A stretch of 64,000 nt of DNA from Deltaproteobacteria bacterium RIFCSPHIGHO2_02_FULL_44_16 (GTDB taxonomy: Bacteria; UBA10199; 2-02-FULL-44-16): positions 88,120 to 152,119 of the forward strand of contig MGRM01000012.1 of the NCBI GenBank assembly GCA_001798185.1, in the 5' to 3' direction. Under the pieces are notes generated by a model. That model saw nothing but the letters and a program-made list of their open reading frames with translations. It made no database searches and had not been told where the DNA came from. Numbering within the stretch: position 1 is the stretch's first letter; each line of letters begins with the position of its first letter. This document shows, piece by piece, positions 27,469 to 37,363 of this stretch. A program made the position numbers and the translations under genes.

Positions 27469-30293
27469 ATCAGCAGGTTTTTACAGAAGCGCAAAGTCAA
27501 GCCATCCAGAAAGATGGCTCCATTGCGGTTTTGGCAGGAGCTGGATCTGGAAAAACAAGAGTTCTCATTGAACGATGCAAGCGACTTCTTTTTGAAAAGA
27601 ATATTTCGTTCGATCGTTTTCTGATCATGACCTTTACGGAAAAAGCAGCCGGAGAACTGAAAGAGCGCCTTCGTCCTCTCCTCTCTCCCCAAGATATCCC
27701 TTTACTTGAACGAGCATGGATCGGAACTTTTCATAGCTTTTGCGCACGCGTGCTGCGACTTCATGCCCCTCTTTTAAAACTCGACCCCTCTTTTCACATC
27801 CTCGAGGAAAATCGCGCAGACTTCATGATTCATCAACTTATTGATCAAACGCTTTTTTCTTCTCTGGAACATAAACAGCCTGAAGCTCTTCTTCTGATGG
27901 AATGTTTTGGATACCGCAATACAGTGCAGCTTCTCGAAGAGCTCATGGGATTTCGATGGCATGTCACTCGTTATCTTTCTCAGGGCCAAGATGACGTGAT
28001 CAGAGCCTGTTTTACTCTTTTTCAAGCTGTGGAGAAAAAATTCCAGCAACAGCTTCAAAAAGAGAGAAGCCTCGATTTTCAGGAACTCGAGCGTTACACG
28101 CTCACACTTTTTCAAGAGCATCCTTCCATATTACGCGAATATCAAAAACGATTTCTCCATCTTTTGGTAGATGAATTTCAGGACACCAATGACCTTCAAA
28201 CAGAACTGATCACCCTTCTTTTTCATCCCAAGATAAATCATCTTTTTATTGTCGGCGATCCTCGCCAATCCATTTACCGATTTCGAGGTGCCAATCTCAC
28301 TTCATTTTTTACGATGATCTCTCGTATTCGCGAAAGTGGAGGAGAACTGATTGCGTTATCAGAGAATTTCAGAACACGACCACATATTATAGATTTAATC
28401 AATATCACCGCCCGTCCACTTGAAGAAAATCTCTCGCTTCATGCTGACCTCCGTCCCTTTCGAAAAGAGCGAGATCAAAAAGATATCACCCTTCTTCAGT
28501 GTCATACGTCAGAAAGTTCAATAGCAGAGAGACGTCATAAAGAAGCAACGTGCATTGCAGCACATATTCGTGAACTCGTTGACGTCGAACATATTCCTTA
28601 CGGAAATATAGTCTGTCTCTTTCAGGCGATGACCAGTATCGATATTTACGAGCAAGCATTTCAACAACATCAGATTCCCTATCGTATTCATGGAAGCCGG
28701 CATTTCTTAGGAAGTAGTGAAATTCAGGATCTCCTTTGCACTCTTCTTTTTGCGGCCAACCCAAAAAATGATACTGCCCTCATGGGACTTGTTCGCTCGC
28801 CTCTTTTGGGACTTTCTGATGATGAATGTGTTTTGCTTTCCGGAAAAGAAGGAAAAGATTTTCGAAAAAATATTTTACATCACGCTCACGCAGGTCCTTT
28901 TTTAAAAAAACTCTCCTCCCTTCAAAAAAGCATGCTCCCTTCGGAAATTCTTTCGTGGGTTTTACAAACAACGGGATATGAGTGGATCTGCGCACAGCTC
29001 GATCCTTCAGGAAAAAAACGGGCTCATCTTGAACAATTTCTCACGTTATTACGATCTCTCGAAACAGAATCTTTTCTTTCTCTTCCTGCATGCGTCGATT
29101 ATCTTCAGGATCTTTGCGAACGAGAAGCTCGCTTTGGAGATGCGCCTGCGTCTGCAGACAGTAGCAATGTTGTTCATTGCATGAGTGTGCACGCGGCGAA
29201 GGGACTTGAATTTCCGATCGTCATTTTGCCCGATCTCATTCGTCGCGCATCTCTCTCCACGAAGCCGTGGTGTTTTATTCGAAACCGAGGACTTGGACTC
29301 AAATTACACAATCCCGATTCCCCTTTTGACTCACTTGTCGCAACCAAAAGCTATGAAGAGCTTCACTCGCTGAATAACAAAGAAGAAGAACAAGAATCTC
29401 GTCGTTTGTTGTATGTGGCCATGACCCGCGCAAAAGATCGATTGATCCTTCCGATCCACCAAGATGAAAAAATTCGCGGAGAGTGGCATGGTTGGCTTCT
29501 TCCAGCACTGAAGCAAATATCTGCTTTTACGGTAAACACTCAGCTCCCAGAAAACGAAGAAAAAACTTTCTCACGTGAAAAAGTTGAATTACCTCTGACA
29601 TATAAAGTACCAAAAAACACTTCACGTTTTCTCCATCAATCTCCCATCATCAGTGTTTCTGAAATTGAAACATACGACCGTTCTCCTGAAGAATATGAGC
29701 AAAAATATATTTTCGGTTTTTCTCCTGAACTCACACTCCCAAATTCAGAAACTCTCTCTCCTACTCTTTATGGATCTCTTCTCCATGAAGCGCTCGAAAT
29801 ACTTTCGCACTCTTCCACCGACTCGATTGCGACAGCTTTGACAGATGCATGTCACTCACACCATCTCATCCCCGAGGCCTCATGGATGAGCTCACTGACA
29901 ACAACACTTGAACCGTTTATGACGACTTTCGGTACACAGTTTTGCGAAGGAGAACATGAACTGCGCTTTGATTGGAAACGAAAGGACAGTATCATCACCG
30001 GAAAAGTCGATTGGCTCCGACCAAAAAACGGAGGATATGAAATCATTGATTTTAAAACAGACCGAACTTTCAACGGATCAATTGAGGAACATGCAAAAAT
30101 GTATGATCTTCAAATGATGATCTATGCACTTGCATTAGAAGAAGGCCTTGGACTTTCCATTCTTGAAACAACGCTTTATTTTCTGGAAACAGGAAAAACC
30201 ATTTCAACACCGATGACAGTTCAACGAAAAAAAGAGGGAAAAAAACGCCTTGCAGCGATTCTTAAAAAAATGTGCGGTGAATTTATATCTTAG
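27465..30293 (+). CDS. addA: AddA-like UvrD helicase/nuclease
   Basis: AGAGSGKT, TFTEKAA, VDEFQDT, VGDPRQSIYRFRGA, HAAKGLEF, YVAMTRA, IDFKT. Confidence 0.88.
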   Translation: MNQQVFTEAQSQAIQKDGSIAVLAGAGSGKTRVLIERCKRLLFEKNISFDRFLIMTFTEKAAGELKERLRPLLSPQDIPLLERAWIGTFHSFCARVLRLHAPLLKLDPSFHILEENRADFMIHQLIDQTLFSSLEHKQPEALLLMECFGYRNTVQLLEELMGFRWHVTRYLSQGQDDVIRACFTLFQAVEKKFQQQLQKERSLDFQELERYTLTLFQEHPSILREYQKRFLHLLVDEFQDTNDLQTELITLLFHPKINHLFIVGDPRQSIYRFRGANLTSFFTMISRIRESGGELIALSENFRTRPHIIDLINITARPLEENLSLHADLRPFRKERDQKDITLLQCHTSESSIAERRHKEATCIAAHIRELVDVEHIPYGNIVCLFQAMTSIDIYEQAFQQHQIPYRIHGSRHFLGSSEIQDLLCTLLFAANPKNDTALMGLVRSPLLGLSDDECVLLSGKEGKDFRKNILHHAHAGPFLKKLSSLQKSMLPSEILSWVLQTTGYEWICAQLDPSGKKRAHLEQFLTLLRSLETESFLSLPACVDYLQDLCEREARFGDAPASADSSNVVHCMSVHAAKGLEFPIVILPDLIRRASLSTKPWCFIRNRGLGLKLHNPDSPFDSLVATKSYEELHSLNNKEEEQESRRLLYVAMTRAKDRLILPIHQDEKIRGEWHGWLLPALKQISAFTVNTQLPENEEKTFSREKVELPLTYKVPKNTSRFLHQSPIISVSEIETYDRSPEEYEQKYIFGFSPELTLPNSETLSPTLYGSLLHEALEILSHSSTDSIATALTDACHSHHLIPEASWMSSLTTTLEPFMTTFGTQFCEGEHELRFDWKRKDSIITGKVDWLRPKNGGYEIIDFKTDRTFNGSIEEHAKMYDLQMMIYALALEEGLGLSILETTLYFLETGKTISTPMTVQRKKEGKKRLAAILKKMCGEFIS

Positions 30294-30316
30294 GACCATC
30301 TGAAAAACTTCAAAAA

Positions 30317-30387
30317 TGTCATTCCCGCGCAGGCGGGAATCCAGTATTGTCAGTAACTTCTGGATCCCTGCCTTCGCAGGGATGACA
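30317..30387. repeat. Palindromic element (family A) between convergent genes
   Basis: TGTCATTCCCGCGCAGGCGGGAATCCAG...CTGGATCCCTGCCTTCGCAGGGATGACA. Confidence 0.9.
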
Positions 30388-30423
30388 ACATCAACAGTAA
30401 GTCAGAATTTTTTAGAGATTCCG

Positions 30424-30789
30424 TTATTCGGCGTAACCGCGTTCGACGCGTTCCAGTTCTTCTTTGCAACGAATGCACATTTCAGCAACTGGACGCGCTT
30501 CAAGACGTTTCACATCGATCTCTTCTTCACAACGTTCACAGACGCCGTATGTTCCGAGTTCGATTTTTTGAATGGCTTTATCGATTTTTTTGAGTAAGAC
30601 CAATTCACGATCACGAAGTCGCAAATTCATTGATTGGTCAGCTTCAGTGGCAGCAAGGTCGACTTCGTCAGGAAGATCGGCCTGCTCAACCCCAAGACCT
30701 GCTTCACGCGTCAGATCAGCTGTTTGAACCAGTTCCTTACGTCTTTCATCCAAAATCTTTTTAAATCGGTCGATATCACGTTTTTTCAT
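30424..30789 (-). CDS. dksA: DksA/TraR C4 zinc-finger protein
   Basis: DEVDLA, YGVCERC, RLEARP..CIRC. Confidence 0.92.
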   Translation of the reverse strand: MKKRDIDRFKKILDERRKELVQTADLTREAGLGVEQADLPDEVDLAATEADQSMNLRLRDRELVLLKKIDKAIQKIELGTYGVCERCEEEIDVKRLEARPVAEMCIRCKEELERVERGYAE

Positions 30790-30882
30790 AAACCCTCCCA
30801 AAGCGCTGCAGTATTCCCGGATCATTATTTCTTGTCAATAAGGGGCTTGCAGCGCCACTCCTTTTTTTGTTATTTTTCAAGA

Positions 30883-31338
30883 GTGAAGAAGCCAAAGTTC
30901 CTGACGCGACTTGATCATATCCTTGAAACCACCTCTTCCCGCCTCGGTTTACGAAAGAAGATGAAACAATACCATCTCTGGCATCAATGGGAATCGATTG
31001 TGGGTCCCACCCTCGCTGCGAACACCGAGCCCTCCTCGTGGAGAGGTTCTCTTCTGGTGATCAAAACAAAAAACTCTTCATGGCTTCAGGAACTCTCCTT
31101 TATGAAAGCCGAGTTACTTTCCAAAATCCAAGCAGCTTCGCCTCAATATCCTATTCGCGATATTCGTTTTGAAATTGGGACGATATCGACAGGACATTCG
31201 CCAATCCAAAAAACTGCAACTTTAACTGCTGAAGAAAAAGAATTTATCGATCAAGTCACTTCAGAGCTTGTCGACACTGAACTTCGCGAAGCAGCAAAAC
31301 GAGCCATGGAAAAAGGATTTGCGAGGAAAAAGGGATAA
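30883..31338 (+). CDS. DUF721/DciA-family protein
   Basis: WESIVGPTLA..LVIKTKNSSWLQEL; start placed at the GTG at 30883. Confidence 0.8.
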   Translation: MKKPKFLTRLDHILETTSSRLGLRKKMKQYHLWHQWESIVGPTLAANTEPSSWRGSLLVIKTKNSSWLQELSFMKAELLSKIQAASPQYPIRDIRFEIGTISTGHSPIQKTATLTAEEKEFIDQVTSELVDTELREAAKRAMEKGFARKKG

Positions 31339-31348
31339 CTATTGCTCA

Positions 31349-32152
31349 TTAAAGAAAACGTGAGCCACCAGCATGCGATGGGGTCCAACCTTGACGTCGA
31401 GACAAAACGCCAACACGTTCGAAAATGCGTTCTCGAACAAGATCCTGGCCAAATCGATCCGGAAAAGAATCGCCACTTAATCTATCAACTGCATCTGTGA
31501 TTGCTTGTCGTTTTGCTGCGACTTGGCTTCGATATGGTTCTCTCAAATCATCCGCATGGGCATAGCGAAGTGCTCTCATTTCATTGGGGAATTTTTCTCC
31601 TAATATCTCCATAATTTGTTTTATTTTTTTGCCAAATTCATTTTTACCAGAAACCAACTTAAGATCCAAATTATCTGCAGCAATTGAAAAAGCACCTTTT
31701 GATGGACAAATTTCAGTTTCTTCTCCAGCGACATAATAGAAAAAGCCATCTTGTCGCATTCCCTTTTCATCTACCTCAAAACCAAAACCGGTAATTCGAA
31801 CCTGAGAAACACCAAACTGAACTAAATCCCCAATGAAAAACTGCGCTGACACCTGCGGTGACATCCCAAAAGAAACACCATAATTTTCTGCTTTGGAATC
31901 TGTTCGATCAAAAGCAAATCGCCATCGTCGAGGAAGGCTTGTCGGAAAAGAAGGAGAAAGCGATTGAAGTCGAAACTCTGTTCCATCTTTTTGTAATAAT
32001 AATGCTAAAAGCGTTACCAAAGTTGAATTACTACCATCAGGACACTTTTCTTGATAAATTCGATCACGAATTCCATCACCATTCAAATCAGGGGTTGAAA
32101 GGAGTAAACGCTCAGGATGAGCGCACCCAACCAGATTTCCGACACTTATCAT
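31349..32152 (-). CDS. Hypothetical protein with a DLNGDG Ca-binding-like loop
   Basis: ORF with AGGAGG RBS before the ATG at 32152. Confidence 0.65.
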   Translation of the reverse strand: MISVGNLVGCAHPERLLLSTPDLNGDGIRDRIYQEKCPDGSNSTLVTLLALLLQKDGTEFRLQSLSPSFPTSLPRRWRFAFDRTDSKAENYGVSFGMSPQVSAQFFIGDLVQFGVSQVRITGFGFEVDEKGMRQDGFFYYVAGEETEICPSKGAFSIAADNLDLKLVSGKNEFGKKIKQIMEILGEKFPNEMRALRYAHADDLREPYRSQVAAKRQAITDAVDRLSGDSFPDRFGQDLVRERIFERVGVLSRRQGWTPSHAGGSRFL

Positions 32153-32228
32153 TTCCTCCTTGGTATTTAGAGTTTCTAAAATCAATATTCCAAATAATGT
32201 CGAGAATAAATTCGATTGACTGAAAAAG

Positions 32229-32252
32229 CTTTCTAAAGCATACTTTAGAAAG
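32229..32252. promoter_or_regulatory. Palindromic operator of the TA operon
   Basis: CTTTCTAAAG-CATA-CTTTAGAAAG just upstream of the antitoxin RBS. Confidence 0.65.
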
Positions 32253-32266
32253 ATTTAGGAGGAAAT

Positions 32267-32485
32267 ATGTCCCGAGAAGCCTTTGCCACCAAACTACCGC
32301 CAGAACTTGTCAAAACACTTGATGAAGTGTGTGAGCGTTTTGGATTTCGCAAAAACTATATTATTGAAACTGCTCTTCGTGAAAAACTTGAAGATATTCT
32401 CGATACCCACGATCTTGATGAATCAGTCAAAGAAGCAACGGGCTTTCATTCCTGGAAAGCCCTCAAAAAAGAATTAAAATTATAA
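32267..32485 (+). CDS. Ribbon-helix-helix antitoxin
   Basis: FATKLPPELVKTLDE..RKNYIIETALREKLED; upstream of a RelE-type toxin. Confidence 0.75.
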   Translation: MSREAFATKLPPELVKTLDEVCERFGFRKNYIIETALREKLEDILDTHDLDESVKEATGFHSWKALKKELKL

Positions 32486-32486
32486 T

Positions 32487-32741
32487 ATGCCATATCATGT
32501 TGAACTTGAGACAAAGGCACTTAAAGAATTTCGCTCTCTTCCAAAAGAGATTCAACGCAACTTTGCAGATATCATCAAAGATCTCGAACAAAATCCTCGT
32601 CCACCAGGAATAAAAAAACTTACAAACTATGAAGGTTATCGTGTACGAAGCGGTACCTATCGGCTTTTATATACTATCGAAGATAAATCTAAACTCGTTC
32701 GAATTTATCGGATTGGTCATCGAAGAGAAATTTATCGCTAA
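32487..32741 (+). CDS. RelE/ParE-family toxin
   Basis: NPRPPGIKKL..YRVRSGTYRLLY..IGHRREIYR. Confidence 0.9.
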   Translation: MPYHVELETKALKEFRSLPKEIQRNFADIIKDLEQNPRPPGIKKLTNYEGYRVRSGTYRLLYTIEDKSKLVRIYRIGHRREIYR

Positions 32742-32745
32742 TCTT

Positions 32746-33384
32746 TTATTTCCCTTGAAAACACTTGATAAGATCTTCGGCAGGAATCGCTCCCTCACGA
32801 ATAATGCGCATGGACTCTTCAGCAACATCGACCACGGTCGAACCTCGAGAAGGTTCGTATTCACCGCCATCAATAATACAGGGAATTTTATTTCCAAAAT
32901 ATTTCAGCACATGTTTCGCCGTTAGTGATGGGGGATAATCTGAAGGATTCGCACTTGTCGTGGTAATAGGACGACCAAACGCACGCACAATAGCAGAGGC
33001 AATCGGATGAGAAGAGATTCGAATGCCAACTTTTCCGGTATTGGTCACATACGTTTTTGAAATAAGTTTCGACGCTGGAAAAAGAATGGTCAGTGCTCCG
33101 GGCCAAAAAGTACGAGCAAGTTTTAAGGCTTGATCAGAGACAGAAGAAGCACACTGACGGAGCATGGCGAGATCTGAAATGAGAATAGAAATGGGCAATC
33201 CCACATCGCGCGCTTTGAGTGCATAAATATTTTTGACCGCTTTCTCATTAAAAACATCAGCGCCAAGTCCGTAGATCGTTTCCGTCGGATATGCGATCAC
33301 TTGTCCATCGCGCAAAAAGGTAACAGCTTGTTCAATGAGTTCTTCTGAAGGTTGTTGAGAATCCACAGTAAGAATGGTGGTCAT
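32746..33384 (-). CDS. tsaC: Threonylcarbamoyl-AMP synthase (TsaC/Sua5)
   Basis: AYPTETIYGLG, FWPGALT, TTSANPS, STVVD. Confidence 0.93.
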   Translation of the reverse strand: MTTILTVDSQQPSEELIEQAVTFLRDGQVIAYPTETIYGLGADVFNEKAVKNIYALKARDVGLPISILISDLAMLRQCASSVSDQALKLARTFWPGALTILFPASKLISKTYVTNTGKVGIRISSHPIASAIVRAFGRPITTTSANPSDYPPSLTAKHVLKYFGNKIPCIIDGGEYEPSRGSTVVDVAEESMRIIREGAIPAEDLIKCFQGK

Positions 33385-33385
33385 A

Positions 33386-33886
33386 CTATCGATTGATCTC
33401 CCGATCTCGTTCTTCGATCTGATCCGCCATCTTCTTTCGAAATTGTCGTAATTTTTCTTTCAGTGGTTGATCTGAAAGCGCGAGAATTTCAGCTGCAAAA
33501 ATTCCCGCATTTTTTGCTCCTGCATTTCCAATGCACATCGAGGCAACCGGAATTCCACCAGGCATTTGTGCAGTTGAAAGAAGCGCGTCCAGTCCTTGCA
33601 GTGGAGAGGAATCAAGCGGAACACCAATAACCGGAAGAACAGTTTTTGCGGCCACCACACCGGCAAGATGAGCAGCATAGCCAGCTCCAGCGATAATCAC
33701 CCCGATGCCGCGACCTTCCGCTTCCGCAACAAGTTTAGCTACCTTGTCAGGAGTACGATGCGCTGAAGCAACGTGTTTCTCCGAAGGAATCCCAAACTCC
33801 GTCAGTATTTTTTCCGCCTCTTCCATCACCGGCAGATCACTTGCAGATCCCATGAGAATAAGCACTTGTGGTTTAGTCATAGTCAT
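33386..33886 (-). CDS. purE: N5-CAIR mutase
   Basis: [33 protein letters not shown]. Confidence 0.96.
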   Translation of the reverse strand: MTMTKPQVLILMGSASDLPVMEEAEKILTEFGIPSEKHVASAHRTPDKVAKLVAEAEGRGIGVIIAGAGYAAHLAGVVAAKTVLPVIGVPLDSSPLQGLDALLSTAQMPGGIPVASMCIGNAGAKNAGIFAAEILALSDQPLKEKLRQFRKKMADQIEERDREINR

Positions 33887-33898
33887 CCTTTCATGAAG

Positions 33899-33971
33899 AC
33901 CACCGACTATTGACCATGGACCATTGACTAAAACTAAAAGGTCTATGGTCCGTGGTCCATTGTCTATGGTC
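33899..33971. repeat. Heptamer tandem repeats arranged as an inverted pair
   Basis: CTATTGA CCATGGA CCATTGA ... TCTATGG TCCGTGG TCCATTG TCTATGG. Confidence 0.65.
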
Positions 33972-35238
33972 AGCGCAGAGCGCGTTGTCCAATATCTTTT
34001 CGGTACTGACATCCGTTCCAATGAATTCCTGAAACCGCTTCATACGATTTTTGAAGAGCCACCTGCATATTTGAACCGAGCGCTGTGACCCCGAGCACGC
34101 GACCGCCATTCGTGACAATGCGGCCATCCACTTCTGCGGTCCCTGCATGAAAGACAGTGACATCCGGAAGTGAAGCAACGTTCTCGAGACCGGTGATCAC
34201 ATTTCCTCGATCTCCTTTTTCCGGATAGTCTTTAGCCGCCATAACAATGCAGACAGCAGGACGAGCATCCCATTCCAGTTCAAAACGATCGAGTCGTCGA
34301 AGCATGGCTGCTTGAATGACATCAATCACATCATTTTTCAGACGCATCAACAGTGGCTGTGCTTCAGGATCGCCAAAACGAACATTGAATTCCAGAAGCT
34401 TCGGCTCACCTTGAGCAATCATCAGACCAGCATAGAGAATGCCAGTGAATGGCGTCCCTGCCATCGCCATCCCTCGCAGTGTCGGAAGCATAATCTGCTC
34501 CATCACTTTTCGATGTACACTTGGCGTTACAATCGGAGCAGGAGAATAAGCTCCCATACCTCCCGTGTTCGGCCCGCGATCGTGATCGAGAAGTCGCTTA
34601 TGATCTTGCGATGAAGCTAAGGGGAGAACATGCATCCCATCAGCGATAGCAATAAATGAAGCCTCTTCTCCATCAAGTTTTTCTTCGATCATGACGGTGG
34701 TGCCAGCATCTCCAAATACTTTTTGCTTCATCATGAGTTCGACAGCATCCTGAGCTTCCTCTTTTGTTTCACAAACAATGACGCCCTTTCCACTTGCAAG
34801 ACCATCTGCTTTCACCACACACGGACCATCAATTTTGGAGAGAGAGTGAAGTGCACTTTTAAGATCTGTAAAAATTTCGGCCCGTGCTGTTGGGATTGCA
34901 TATTTTTGACAGAAGCGTTTTGTAAAAACCTTTGAAGCTTCAAGTTGTGCTGCAAGTTTAGTGGGACCAAAAATATGGAGTCCCCGTTTTTGAAATTCGT
35001 CTACAATGCCCAACACTAATGGTCTCTCTGGTCCTACAATGGTGAGATCAACTTTTTTCTCTGCAGCAAAGTTCACAAGTTTTTCAATATTATCAGCGGC
35101 AATATCAACACACGTTGCAAGATCAGCAATGCCAGCATTTCCCGGAGCGCAATAAATCTTTTTGATTTTGGGAGACTGCGCTAGTTTCCACACAAGCGCA
35201 TGCTCTCGTCCGCCACTGCCAATCACCAAAACTTTCAT
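33970..35238 (-). CDS. purD: Phosphoribosylamine-glycine ligase
   Basis: GSGGREHAL, KADGLASGKGV, QDHKR, NTGGMGAY, EFNVRFGDPE. Confidence 0.98.
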   Translation of the reverse strand: MKVLVIGSGGREHALVWKLAQSPKIKKIYCAPGNAGIADLATCVDIAADNIEKLVNFAAEKKVDLTIVGPERPLVLGIVDEFQKRGLHIFGPTKLAAQLEASKVFTKRFCQKYAIPTARAEIFTDLKSALHSLSKIDGPCVVKADGLASGKGVIVCETKEEAQDAVELMMKQKVFGDAGTTVMIEEKLDGEEASFIAIADGMHVLPLASSQDHKRLLDHDRGPNTGGMGAYSPAPIVTPSVHRKVMEQIMLPTLRGMAMAGTPFTGILYAGLMIAQGEPKLLEFNVRFGDPEAQPLLMRLKNDVIDVIQAAMLRRLDRFELEWDARPAVCIVMAAKDYPEKGDRGNVITGLENVASLPDVTVFHAGTAEVDGRIVTNGGRVLGVTALGSNMQVALQKSYEAVSGIHWNGCQYRKDIGQRALR

Positions 35239-35248
35239 TTCTTCTCCA

Positions 35249-35671
35249 CTATGAGATATGAATTCTTTTTTGTAAATTTTTTGAAACCGCAGTAATCGCC
35301 GGAATAAAGGAATTCCTGATCAACAGATAGATCTCATAGGCTTTATCAGCAGAATAAATGTGAACAATTTCATTTCTTTTTTTTACGATAAGAGGGAAAA
35401 TTTCTTCGCTTTCTTGCGATACCAATCCGATCTTAAAAGCTTCTTTAAAACATTGAAGAGGAGTTGCTGTTTCAACCCCTTCTTCCAGGAGCAATTCTTT
35501 TAAAAGTTTCCAAAGAGTTTCATAGGTATATTCGAAACGCTTTGTGACAATTTCAATAATGATCTCTTCTTTATATTGAGCACGAAACGTATCTGAGACC
35601 GCTTCATTTAATTTTTCGAAGCTTGCTTTAAAGTCTTCAAAAGATCGCTGCAATTTTTCCCCACGTGCCAT
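35249..35671 (-). CDS. HEPN-domain protein (HI0074-like nucleotidyltransferase substrate-binding)
   Basis: RFEYTYETLWK, RNEIVHIY (RxxxxH). Confidence 0.88.
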   Translation of the reverse strand: MARGEKLQRSFEDFKASFEKLNEAVSDTFRAQYKEEIIIEIVTKRFEYTYETLWKLLKELLLEEGVETATPLQCFKEAFKIGLVSQESEEIFPLIVKKRNEIVHIYSADKAYEIYLLIRNSFIPAITAVSKNLQKRIHIS

Positions 35672-35955
35672 ATTTCAATCTCCTTTAAGGCTTCTTTCTT
35701 GACTTTTTGGTCCACACTCGAAAAATCAACAAGATCGATTTTTTTGAGCATTGGTGTCTCTTGGTTGAGGATCTCTTCAATCTCGACAAATGCAGCTGCT
35801 GGTATTTCGCGATGTGCAAAAATTCCAATATCGATATCTGAACTTTTCAGCGCAACTTTTTTTGCCCGTGAACCAAAAAGAAAAACAATACAATCTTCTT
35901 CACGAAGCCAGTGAAAAATTGTATTAAGAATAAATGTCTTTTCAAGATCTTTCAC
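35608..35955 (-). CDS. Minimal nucleotidyltransferase (MNT)
   Basis: FLFGSRA..SDIDIGI..IDLVD. Confidence 0.88.
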   Translation of the reverse strand: MKDLEKTFILNTIFHWLREEDCIVFLFGSRAKKVALKSSDIDIGIFAHREIPAAAFVEIEEILNQETPMLKKIDLVDFSSVDQKVKKEALKEIEIWHVGKNCSDLLKTLKQASKN

Positions 35956-36035
35956 TCGACCACCAACATATTCACAAAACCTCCATTAAGCCACGCACAT
36001 ACGCTATTTTAAGAGTGAGGACAAGGAGGAGAATA

Positions 36036-37199
36036 TTACTCAGAAATGCGCGTTACATAAATCGGATTATGCCCACTAGACGCTCCTTTAAAACTAAGAG
36101 TTCCATCTACGCCAATGCTCGAAATCTCATAAATTTCTGGTACGCTATCCCTGCTTGTCTGACATCGAACTCTGGTTCCGGGGTATAGCCCGTTTTGCTC
36201 GATAGCCTGAAACCTTTCAGCAGTTGAAAAACCATGAGGACCATCAATCCTTCGGAATTCGAATCTATTGCGCGGAACAGGTTTTCTCTTTAAACTTTTC
36301 ATGAGCGCACAATATCGACCATATGCATGATCAACCTTCAAACGACTCTTGAATTGTTCAATCAAGTTGGAAGCAAGCTCACTTAAAGATTTACTTCCTT
36401 TTGCCATCTCGACCGTCGCACGAAGAGAACGTAATAGCGTTGGTCTTTCTTTTAAATATGCACTTCGATCAGCTTGTTCAATAAGTTCATCTGTTGCATC
36501 ATCTAGCGCTTGCGCAAGGTCATTATCTGTAGGACCAGATTGTCCAGATCCTTCTCCACCATCAACTGATGACATAAAGATGGGAACACTTCCGACAGAA
36601 ACAATGGCCGCAGTATCAATGGAGATGGCCATTCCACTTGCTGCAGCAGCTTGAACCAAAGCCCCTTGACTTCCTGGAACAAAGGCAGGCATTGGAAAAG
36701 TTTCCGCTGGAGTGAGACGCAGTGGAGTTGTTCCACTCAGCGGAGCTCCAGCAGCCGCTACATCGAAGGCAATAAAAAGACCATCACTCACTGCAGCTCC
36801 TAACTCAGATTCATTGCGAGCATTTTGCGCCATTTCTACTCGATCAGGGATTGATTTTAAAACTTCGGGAATCATTGCCATTCCCCAGACGGCATAACAG
36901 GAAATCATGGAAAAACCATACATAGGACCAAAATCAACACCAAGAGCCACAGAAACAGCATCATCACATTTCTCCCAATGAGAACGAACCCCAGTATCTC
37001 TTTCCCAAAAGGCATCGACTGTTCTGGATGAATACCCCAAACCAAATTGATACCAGTTAAAGGAGGGGCTGTAAGCATCAGAGAATTCAGCAATTGATTG
37101 AGTTGAGTTGAGTTGAGTTGAGTTGAGTTGAGTTGAAAACAGCTCTTCACTATTGAGGCAACTCGTTACTAAAGGATCACAGCGATCGATATTGGTCAT
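36036..37199 (-). CDS. Orphan protein with a 5' simple-sequence repeat
   Basis: 387 aa; GAGGAG RBS; STQLN repeat; hydrophobic middle; GS linker and basic C-terminal domain. Confidence 0.7.
   Translation of the reverse strand: MTNIDRCDPLVTSCLNSEELFSTQLNSTQLNSTQSIAEFSDAYSPSFNWYQFGLGYSSRTVDAFWERDTGVRSHWEKCDDAVSVALGVDFGPMYGFSMISCYAVWGMAMIPEVLKSIPDRVEMAQNARNESELGAAVSDGLFIAFDVAAAGAPLSGTTPLRLTPAETFPMPAFVPGSQGALVQAAAASGMAISIDTAAIVSVGSVPIFMSSVDGGEGSGQSGPTDNDLAQALDDATDELIEQADRSAYLKERPTLLRSLRATVEMAKGSKSLSELASNLIEQFKSRLKVDHAYGRYCALMKSLKRKPVPRNRFEFRRIDGPHGFSTAERFQAIEQNGLYPGTRVRCQTSRDSVPEIYEISSIGVDGTLSFKGASSGHNPIYVTRISE
37098..37136. repeat. Pentanucleotide SSR (TTGAG)7-TTGA
   Basis: Perfect tandem array inside the 5' end of a coding region. 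Confidence 0.95.
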
Positions 37200-37245
37200 A
37201 TTTTTCTCCTCTTTGAATTCACCTTATTTTCGTCAAATCAAAATA

Positions 37246-37272
37246 TTATCGGAGTAAGAATCTTTTGGTTGC
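37246..37272 (-). promoter_or_regulatory. Putative alternative-sigma promoter GCAAC-N16-CGATAA
   Basis: Exact motif upstream of the 37199 gene. Confidence 0.6.
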
Positions 37273-37363
37273 TCATAAAAGCTTTTTTAGTTTAAAAGCA
37301 AACTATCCACAAAAATAACAATCTAATTGACTTATAGTCGTTTGTTTGTCATTATCTAAGTGC

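Noticed and set aside
32152..32225. Possible alternative-sigma promoter for the 31349-32152 orphan
   Set aside because: A CGACAT-like box is present but there is no GCAAC at the right spacing
33887..34021. N-terminal extensions given by the ORF track for purE (also pyrE, mlaF, trxB, DUF721 and addA)
   Set aside because: The extensions overlap neighbouring genes or repeats; downstream starts match family N-termini and RBS positions
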